DNA of 64,000 bases from Octopus bimaculoides (lineage: Eukaryota). Shown here in pieces: positions 53,951-64,000 of the stretch (position 1 is the first letter of the stretch; each line of letters starts with the position of its first letter). Under the pieces are notes generated by a model. The model searched no databases. It worked only from the letters and a program-made list of their open reading frames with translations, and was not told where the DNA came from. Both the position numbers and the translations under genes were made by a program. Where the stretch lies: NCBI RefSeq assembly GCF_001194135.2, contig NC_068990.1, positions 41,404,158 through 41,468,157 of the forward strand, given 5' to 3'.

Positions 53951-54805
53951 CGCATACATAAATATTTAATATACTGGCCAGACAATCATGACCCTGTTTC
54001 AAAATGTCTGACCACGCTCAAGCAAGACACAGCTAGAGCCAAAAGATCATCCTTTTTAGACTTCCGCATAACGAATCAAAATAAAAACGAGATAGAAAAT
54101 ATTTTGGTCAAAATACTGGAAGAAACATTGAAATTAACGACAGAGAAGGAAATATAGCGGAATCCCTTCTTATTTATACACAAAAGCTTCAAAAAACTAA
54201 TAATTACTTCTGCTACGAGTCTATAGCGTTATTCAATAAATCCATTTACACATCATATATGCACAAAAGCTCAAATAATACATCCAATAAATAAAATATA
54301 TCAAAATTTTAATAACCTATAGAAATAAGCAAATTTAATTAATCAGCAACGATAAGACATTAGAAATATTCAATAAGTCCATTTAAAACATACATGCACA
54401 AAATAAGAAACAAAGAAAAAAAAGGAAAAAAATCTACTGGATAATAAATAATGTATAGAAAAATTAATTTAAAAAAATCAATTCTAGCAAAGTGCAGAAA
54501 TAACTAGATTAATTAAAATATATAAATAAATATATAAATAAACACAAATTAAAAAAAATTATATATATACACACACAAATAAGTAATTAGATAAATAAAA
54601 GCAGCATCCTCTCCATCTGTTTAAGTTATAATCACATCTCATAATATTACAACAATCATTTCCAAATTCAAACTACACTTTGTTTCGACAGTTCAACTCA
54701 AGTTAGAAAGAAAATTCCTTAAAAACACCACATCAATAGGTTTATTTCTATGTTTACTAAGCTTAAATTCATCTCTGAAGATGATTACATGTGTGACCGA
54801 AACTC

Positions 54806-54889
<84 letters not shown>

Positions 54890-55523
54890 CACACACACAC
54901 GTATATTTCTCGTAATATGTGAGCAAATTAATAGCTTAATATTAATTCGGTTATTCTTACTCGATCATATCGACCCAACCTGCTACAAATTTTATCCTTA
55001 TTTAGCTAAATCTCTAGCGTTTTTGACAAAACACCAGTTTTTCTTTCTAGCTTTGTCTAGAGTAAAAGATAGGACACTTGGCCTTTGCAAGCCTTCTGCA
55101 ATTTAGATCAACATACACGTGATAAAAAATATACACAGGCGCCCAGACACAGACACACACGCTCATAAACACCCAAACACACGCGCTCATGCACGTACAA
55201 AAACCGGTTTAGTCTCAGAAATTATTACATATCTACCCAATAACTATATTAATGACGTAAATACGATACGGAAATATATAATAGGGTCAATGCGATGGAC
55301 TAAAAGACTTAGAAGACAGAGCTTCCTGTAGTTAAACAGAAGGAAAGATTAAAGAATGCTTCAGTCACACATGTGACTTCAGAGTTGAAATATATCTACA
55401 AAAGCGGAGTTTTTAAGAATTTTGTTTTGATACTTGTAATAGAAATGTCGAGAATGAAATGCTAGTGTGTATATACACACACATACACATAAGCATATCC
55501 CCACCTCATATTCATATATATAT

Positions 55524-55829
55524 ATAAAGAAAGAAAGAAAAAGATAAAGAGACCAATGGCAAAGTTAGAATTATATTTTATGTATAAAATCTTACAGCTG
55601 TTTCAGGGAAAATCCAATGTATCACTTCATCGGAGACGGTAATAGTAGAAGTATGGATTATTACATCTATAAGAGGATATTTGTAGTAAGAAGTGAGAGT
55701 CATTCTTCTACTATTACCGTCTCCGATGAAGGGATACATTGGATTTTCCCTGAAACAGCTGTAAGAATTTATACATAAAATATAATTCTAAATTTGCCAT
55801 TGGTCTCTTTATCTTTTTCTTTCTTTATA
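55524..55829. repeat. Near-perfect inverted duplication (about 125-bp arms, 53-nt spacer); each arm carries a hammerhead-like motif
   Basis: 55524-55651 versus 55705-55829, with about 3 substitutions counted by eye. Confidence 0.9.
55720..55766 (+). ncRNA. Minimal type-I hammerhead-like motif (U4C core variant)
   Basis: tct-CCGATGA-AGGGA/tacattggattt/TCCCT-GAAA-C-agct-G-TA-aga: 5-bp stem II, palindromic ACAGCTGT stem III, GUA triplet, 3-bp stem I. Confidence 0.55.
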
Positions 55830-56054
55830 CATACACACGCTAATACACGACCTATGTTATATTCCCCACTCATGTTGCTACAACGACAGGTGCATAACTA
55901 GTCGGTATACAGCACTTACTCGGTATTGCCTGTATCTTTAGGGTTTGGTTGATTCCAATACCCTTCATAACCTTTATTATATATATATGTATATATATAC
56001 ATATATATGATTGCTTCATCTTGATAGAGGATAGCCATCTCAATCAATTTACAC

Positions 56055-56570
56055 AATCCCAGTAATCCCCATTGTATCTGTGTGCTCTGAGATGACTTGT
56101 CGCCATCCATCCATCACCACTGCACTTTGATTGAGAGACAAGATGAACCAGATTGAATGAAACATCTGTACGTCATTGAATTCAAGTGACATATGCTTGT
56201 ACAACACGAACCCCACTCTCTATGTAGCAATAACCGGAATCCAGTAACAAGCATTGCAAGATGACTGGAAGTTATATGAAATGCAAGTTTGATTTCAGAA
56301 TAACCTCTTTTAGACGTTTCTCACCAATGAATGCCTACAAGTCATCAAGAATTTGAAAGAAGGATATTTGTACACAGCTGGATGGCTGCTGAATCTCATG
56401 AGTTCAGCCTTCCTGTAAAGGGTTTTGTCTTTTTATCCCGATCCCACAAGGTGTCCAAAATTCACCTTCAGCAAGCTTGGTGGGGTTGCCATCTTAGTCC
56501 TCAACAACCCATCTATGCAATAGGTCGCACTGGCTAGTACGTTACCAGTTGCCATCAAATGTGACTTGGC
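56055..56570. repeat. Old dispersed repeat, copy 2 (homologous to 50505-51060)
   Basis: Same orientation and colinear blocks as copy 1. Confidence 0.75.
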
Positions 56571-56585
56571 ACTATATATATATGA

Positions 56586-56751
56586 CGCAAGAGTGGCTGT
56601 ATGGTAAGTAGCTTGCTTACCAACCACATGGTTCCTGGTTCAGTCCCACTGCGTGGCACCTTTGGCAAGTGTCTTCTACTAAGCCACGGGCCGACCGAAG
56701 CCTTGTGAGTGGATTTGGTAGACGGAAGCTGAAAGAAGCCCGTTGTATATA

Positions 56752-56783
<32 letters not shown>

Positions 56784-56995
56784 AGTGTGTGCGTTTGTGT
56801 GTCTGTGTTTGTCCTCCCACCATCGCTTGACAACCGATGCTGGTGTGTTTATGTCCCCGTACCTTAGCGGCTCAGCAGAAATGACCATTAGAATAAGTAC
56901 TAGTCTTACAAAGAATAAGTCTTGGGGTCAATTTTTTCGACTAAAGGCGGTGCTCCAGCATGGCCGAAGTCAAATGATTGAAACAAATAAAAGAA
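56586..56995 (+). mobile_element. SINE family A
   Basis: Head, internal (TG)n and tail all present. Confidence 0.9.
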
Positions 56996-56998
56996 TTA

Positions 56999-57043
<45 letters not shown>

Positions 57044-57046
<3 letters not shown>

Positions 57047-57477
57047 GAGGAGTTATCCGAAAGTATCCGAAAACGTTCTCCGTGGGACAAGCCCGTTGTA
57101 GTTCAGGCTTCTGCCTCTAGAAGCCACTTGATGCGACCCTTAAACATCAGTCTGCTGACCGGTGTCGTCCGGTTTAGTCGTACTGCCATGTTGTGTGTAT
57201 TTGTTTTGTAATGCTTCTCTCCTGTTTGTCGATTTTTGCGATTGCTGAAACGAAGGAACAGCGTGCCTACATGAAATTCTGTTTTCTGTTGGGGAAAATG
57301 GTAGCCGAAACAGTTTCCATGCTTTAAACAGCTTACAAGGACGCTGCCAAGAGCAAAACACAAGTCTACGAGTAGTTTTCCACGCTTTAGGAATGGTCAC
57401 TTGTCGCTTGAAGAACAAACTCGTTCAGGACGACCATCGACCTCTCGAATGAAAACATCATGAAAATTCATGAACTG
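57044..57477 (+). pseudogene. Mariner transposon 5' fragment (TIR-like end plus transposase HTH region)
   Basis: End gacgaggagttatccgaaagt after a (TA)n run; translation from 57247: ETKEQRAYMKFCFLLGKMVAETVSML*TAYKDAAKSKTQVYE*F..RFRNGHLSLEEQTRSGRPSTS..ENIMKIHEL, a typical mariner N-terminus with stops and frameshifts. Confidence 0.85.
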
Positions 57478-57841
57478 TTGCTATGTCTTTGTATTGTTTA
57501 GACCACAATATTTCACTCTCCATATTACGGCGAATCCAAGACAACAGTAGAACATATTTGCCGTGGCTGAGTAACGAAATTCTTCACCACACTGCAATGC
57601 TGGCACCCGATTTTTTTTATGTAAACATATAGAGAAGCTGAAACTTATTACCTAAAGATGCCAACACATACACATATACACATACACACACGCACACACA
57701 TATATACATACACACATACACACACAAAAATTGACTCTCTTTCTCTCTCTTTCTTTCCTTCTCACCACCTGTCTTGCTCCCTTCTTCCTTTTCCTTCCTC
57801 CTCTCTTTGACTGCTTTTCTCTTATTCTCTCTTCTCTCGCT

Positions 57842-57885
<44 letters not shown>

Positions 57886-58939
57886 TCATCTCTCATCCTC
57901 ACTCCTCTTCTTTCTGCGCGCGCGCGCGCGTATATATATGATGAAAACTATATACTTATAGAATTAGAATTAGAATCGACTTACAGGATGCTAGAACGCT
58001 ACGACCTAATTCTAATTCCCTAAAACTATATATTTATATATATTTTATACTGTGAAACTTAATTTAATTTTAATTTTTAATAAATTGATTTTANNNNNNN
58101 NNNNNNNNNNNNNNNNNNNNNNNNNNNNNNNNNNNNNNNNNNNNNNNNNNNNNNNNNNNNNNNNNNNNNNNNNNNNNNNNNNNNNNNNNNNNNNNNNNNN
58201 NNNNNNNNNNNNNNNNNNNNNNNNNNNNNNNNNNNNNNNNNNNNNNNNNNNNNNNNNNNNNNNNNNNNNNNNNNNNNNNNNNNNNNNNNNNNNNNNNNNN
58301 NNNNNNNNNNNNNNNNNNNNNNNNNNNNNNNNNNNNNNNNNNNNNNNNNNNNNNNNNNNNNNNNNNNNNNNNNNNNNNNNNNNNNNNNNNNNNNNNNNNN
58401 NNNNNNNATATATATATAATTTATACATACATATATACCTACATACATACATACATGCATACATACAGACAGACTGACAGACAGACATTCATCTCATTAC
58501 TTTCTACAGTTGTTTTCGATCCCTCATTGTTTCTACACTCACTTCTTCCTTATTTCAATCAATCCATCTATTTGCATAATAACCCCGCGTCTCCTTCTCT
58601 TCCTTTCTATCTCTCCCCCTTCTCATCTTTCTTTCTGTGTGTGTGTCTAGATATATCGTATGAACTGGGGACCACGGCTTTTCTGTATTATCCTTCTTAC
58701 AGCATCCCAAGATCTCTCACAAACACTCCAATAAGCATCTCTCGTGAATCTGTTCTACCGTCTTGGAGTGATTTGGATAATCAGTGACACGGAAGTGACC
58801 CCCAACGTGGAGTATATGTTTGGGATGTGTGTGTGTGTATGTGTATGTGTGTGTTTGTGTGTGGTGGGGAGGAGGAAGAGGTGAGGTCGTAGCGTTCTAG
58901 TATCCTGTAAGTCGATTCTAATTCTACTTTGTGTCTTTG

Positions 58940-59438
58940 TTAACATACACAATTACCATCATCGCTATCACAACCTACTCCATCACCACTGCCTCCACAC
59001 TTCACTACAACCCTCCCAATCATCACCACCACCACCACCACCACCACCACCACCACAACCACGGCAATCAGAATTAACAGCACCATTACCACAACCACCA
59101 CTACCATCGGCATCACGATCATCACGACTGCCACCACTGTCAGCGCCACCGCCATTGCAATCATATACTTCATAACATTTATCCCCACCATCACCACCAC
59201 CACCACACTACCATAACAATCATGATCGTGATCACCATGATCGTCGTCGTCGTCGTCGTCGTCATCATCATCATTATCATCGTCATCGTCATCGTCATCG
59301 TCATCATCATCATCATCATCATCATCACTACCACCATCATCATCCTCATCATCATCATCATCATCATCCTCCTCCTCATCATCATCATCCTCATCATCAT
59401 CATATTCCTCCTCCTCCTCCTCCTCATCATCATCATCC

Positions 59439-59471
<33 letters not shown>

Positions 59472-59558
59472 GGAACAACCTCCTAATTCATCCTCATTAT
59501 TACCACCACCTCAACCAGCATTACCAATACAGTTTTCACAATCAACAACAGCAGCAGC

Positions 59559-59592
<34 letters not shown>

Positions 59593-59974
59593 TCACTGTT
59601 ACCATCAAAATCGCCACCACCGCTGCTGCAGTTATCATCTGTATCATCGCCAGCATTATAATTATCACTTGCACACTACAGCCCACAACCATCTTCCCCA
59701 GCAATACCACCACCATCACCACTGGCCTCACAATTACCAGCACTACCTCAATCATAACTTCCATCACCACCTTCGTATCCTTAATAGCCATACCATCGCT
59801 AGAAAACAATACCAGCACCACAACCACTACCATCACAACATCATCATTAGCATCGTCAGCAAATTATAATCACATACATGAAAATGGTGGCCGCTATCGT
59901 TTTTAGCAGCAGCAGCAGCAGTAGCAGCAGCAACACATCATCATCAACATCATCATCATCATCATCATATTCAA

Positions 59975-60016
<42 letters not shown>

Positions 60017-60640
60017 CCTCCTCCTCCTCCTCATCATCATCATCACCATCAACATTATCATCATCATTATCATCATGGTCCTCAACATAATCATTATCAT
60101 TTGTGACCAACATTATCATCATCCTGGTCACCACCACCACCACCATCGCCATCAACAACACCGCTTCCTCCACTATCACCGCCATCTCCATTACTTCCAA
60201 CTCTATAGCCACCACCACCACCACCACCACCACCAATACCAACACCAATAACAACAACGACACCAACGCCACATTCAACATTTCTATCACCGGCATCATC
60301 ATCACCACCAACAACAACAGTAACCATAGCATTACCAACAATAATGACCAAACAACAATACCACAATCATTATTGTCATCACCACCACCACCAACATCAC
60401 TATTACTACTACCACCACCACCACCACCACCACCACCACCACCACCACAAACACCCCCACCACCTTCAGCACAACACCCATCATACAAACTTCATCACAC
60501 TATCACCATTAATGTCACCACTACTATGTGTATAACCATAAAAACATCTCTACAACACCGCAACTACCTCCACTACAACTACCAACCCCGACGCTATTAC
60601 CATCACCACCACCACCACCAGATCTATTAACAACCCACTA
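58940..60640. repeat. 1.7-kb composite trinucleotide tract (CAC/CAT/CGT/CCT/CAA/CAG)n
   Basis: Direct reading of sequence; source of many homopolymer-like ORFs. Confidence 0.95.
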
Positions 60641-63600
60641 CATGCAGCATCAACCCCTCCTTCACCTGCATCCTGATTAGGAAAACAACGACAGAGACAA
60701 TAACAAAACTGTTACATGCTACATGACAATCTTTATACTTCGCTCATTAACACTACTTTAGTCAAATTTATGACCATTCAACCACTTCTATACTCCACAC
60801 ACTCAAGAAAATTCCCCACTCAAAACTCCTGCTTCCATCCACCACACTCACCACCAGGTATTCGCTGTTTCCAGATGCATAGGCTTCTCCGATTACTTCT
60901 ATCTAACAATATCACTAATGGCGGGTAATGGCGTCCTTTCCCTTTTCTACTCTCCAAAGTTAGCTCTCATATGCACCGAAATTTTCAATTTTTCTTTCTC
61001 TACGAGGATCTATCCCAATTTCTGAAAACACATGTCGATGTTTCTCTACTCAGTGAAAAGAAAAAAAAAGATCCTAAATGTTTCTTTCAACTATTATTAA
61101 ATTCCTCTTAATTTCAACAGATCAAACGTAAACAGCCAACCGTAATAACCTAATCCCCTATTGAACCTCTATCGCTTATCAGTGACCGTCAGTCTAGTTT
61201 TTGCAGAACCAGATATACCGAAAACTCACTTTTAATATATTACTAGTGATCTCCTTACCCTTGAGAACTTCAGTGAAAGAAATATTACTACCCGTAACAT
61301 CAGTAACAAGAGTACCTCTTACACTAACGGCTTCTGTTGTGTGGAGTGACGATACTCTCCTTAACACGCATTCTATTAACATCAGTTACCTCAAAGTTCG
61401 ATGATATCTTTCGTTATATCTTTCGTTATATCTTTCACGATTTTCTTTCTGTATATTAAAGATCTACTTACTGCTTCTTCGAAAATATTTTTTCTTCATC
61501 TTTCGTCGATAAGCAAACGTCATTCACAAGCAGTTTTGTCTAATCACGGAAGACCTGTCCTATTTCCATATAAAAAGGTTTAATTAAATTCATCAAAAGG
61601 GATAGAAAAAGAGCTCCAACGAACTAAAATTATTAAGAAATTTTAAAACTTTACACCTTCTCTAACGTAAGGCACATTAGCATATCTCTCGAGGTTACTT
61701 TACAAACCGATTCGCAAAGCTCGGTGATCTCAGGTGGTGACCTCAGAATGCAAAATTATGTAATGCGCATTTCCTGATCTCCTCTACTTATGCTACTGCA
61801 GCTTTTGTATTTGTAAACTTGTTATTTGCGTACATTCTCAGCTTAACCTCATTTTAGACACCTCTCTTAGTAGAACTGCTGTAGTCATGGCTCACAACTT
61901 AGAAAAAATATATTTTCCTTATCTATAAACGTTTCAACTATTTCCCCGTTACCACAGGAAACTATTATTTCTCCGTTATATGATTGATTCGCATAACTGC
62001 TTTCAAAATATTTTGTAACTTTTAATAGGTTGTTGGGACTATTACTGAAAACTCCATCTTCGGCTGATGGTTACGATTTTGAGTTGACATTTTGTAAATA
62101 TATTAACATATATGTATAACTTTAAGATATTAAAATCATAACTTAGTTAAGATATTAAAACAAGCAGAAACATATCGAAAGTTAATACCAAAATTAACCA
62201 AGAAATGAATCTAGTTTTATTCCGTTACACCACCAGAAACAACATTTGGTCTCATGTTCATGAAGAATATTCTGGCTATGACTTTAAACTGTATCCGGTA
62301 ATGGGGTGGAGTTCTTCGGTTTTGAGGAGCGTGCGACCACCTCTTAGTCACTATTGTTCCCAGGTCTTTTTTTTTGGCTCGGAGTAACTATTACTGTCAG
62401 GGTCTCAGCTGCAGGTTAAATATAATGTGACCACACGAGCCAGGGTAGGTTGAAATCATGGAATGCAACATGGTGGATGTTAACTATTTCTGCAAATCAA
62501 TCTCACTGAATCAGTGGCGAATATCATTACAATACTGAGCAGATGAACATAAAAACTGTCAACGGCTTGGATCAACCAGTCCAATTAACGAACTAGACCT
62601 ATCGTCTTTAGTCGTGGCGTGCGCAGATGATATACTTCAGCTAGCGAAAGACTAATGTGACTAAAATCCAAGCTAGTCATTCATGCCGCATCGATCGGGA
62701 TAACCGGCGTGGAAGAGTTGTATTGATCCGGGTAAGTCATATCGGATGATAATGACTATTCATCAAGAAATTATGGAATTAAAACAAACATACTTTTTCT
62801 TTTTACTATACTGGTATTAATTATTTGAATGCATTTTAGATACTAAATGAGATATATATATNNNNNNNNNNNNNNNNNNNNNNNNNNNNNNNNNNNNNNN
62901 NNNNNNNNNNTATATATACATATATTTATTTGTATATTATACATATGTTTTATATATATTTATTGGATGAATGTATGTTCGTTCTTTAATTGGAATTTTT
63001 CCTAAGATTTCTAATGTCTTTTCTGCATACTTTACTTCCGAATTTGTTTTTTAAAATTCGTATAAGTATGAGTTCATTACAACTTGTTACATTTTGCACC
63101 AACGACAAAACCGACAGAGTCACCAGGTCATCTTGTGTGGAGCGAAACTATAAAACGAACGGGACGGAAAGTACACCTCTCACGAGGGTAGATGAACTCA
63201 GCGTAAGATCAACTATTGTTTGGCGATAGCATACAGTGACATACAAGTACTCGAGTAAGATGATTCGCTGCAAGGTCACATAGGGAGAGATAGACCCTTG
63301 GTTCGTGCTAACAGAACAGTAGATGGGGTCTTTAGCTTTGACAGACGAAAAAACTATAAATTTAAACCTATTGTCATGCGGACCCGTTTGGTTGAGAACG
63401 ACAAAGAAAAAGGTATACTCTGATATAATACCAAAAAGTTTGGTCGCAACGCTTTACGCAATCAGAAACTCCTTACCAGAAATGTGGATTACGTACTAGA
63501 CAAGGTTAATTCCCTATAAACAAAAACATGCACATCTAACTTTTGGTAAAATGTCATTTTCCTTCAATTTCCATATAGATTGAGCATGACTTGCCAAAGG

Positions 63601-64000
63601 GGTTAGCGAGTGGAGAGCCATCGTGCGCACACACACACACGCACTCGACACGTGCGATCGTGTGGTAGTTTTGTCTCCTAGATGTAACTACATCAGTGGG
63701 TGGCCCAAGAAGGTCTGGTATCATGTTGGGAGGGCCCGAAACACCTACAGAGCTGCTTCACTGTCGGATGAGACACCGAAACACGCCTGCATTCGAAGAC
63801 GCAATACAGTAGCATCCTCAGCACACAGATTTTTACCCCAATAATACATAAATGAATGCATGTATACGTATACACACACACATACATACGCACACGCATG
63901 TACACACACACATACACGCACACGCACACGCACATCAGACATACACACACATATATGTATATGTGTATATATGTATATACGTATATATATATATATATAT

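Noticed and set aside
59191-60630. Long Gln/His/Thr/Ile-rich ORFs
   Set aside because: They derive from a composite trinucleotide tract with overlapping ORFs on both strands
62581-62640. VVACADDILQL resembling an RT YADD motif
   Set aside because: Too short, flanked by stops, and lacking a convincing upstream QG motif; possibly a LINE relic but unsupported
63765-63790. CGGATGA..GAAAC hammerhead-like string (similar weak cases at 42730, 44510, 49530 and 53140)
   Set aside because: The core and/or stem II cannot be formed

Overview
AT-rich, repeat-dense eukaryotic non-coding DNA (intergenic or large intron) from a gapped draft assembly. Most N-gaps are bounded by (TA)n or (CA)n runs. The SINE families and microsatellite load look like an octopod (coleoid cephalopod) genome; this is inference from pattern recognition, not a database hit. 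I found no intact gene, rRNA, true tRNA or CRISPR, and nearly all ORFs in the track are microsatellite, gap or SINE artefacts. Supported content: three tRNA-derived SINE families (about 20 copies or fragments); two decayed Penelope-like retroelement (PLE) remnants of different types (Neptune-like at 42.8-43.5 kb, + strand; Naiad-like at 26.6-27.2 kb, - strand); two mariner remnants; several MITE or fold-back elements, one with an 8-bp TSD. The most interesting signals are (i) minimal type-I hammerhead-ribozyme-like motifs with variant cores that recur as inverted pairs (33.6, 52.0 and 55.6 kb), one family being linked to the PLE 3' region, and (ii) an in-frame TGA at a conserved-Cys position in the Naiad-like remnant. 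A few isolated candidate exons are reported at low confidence.
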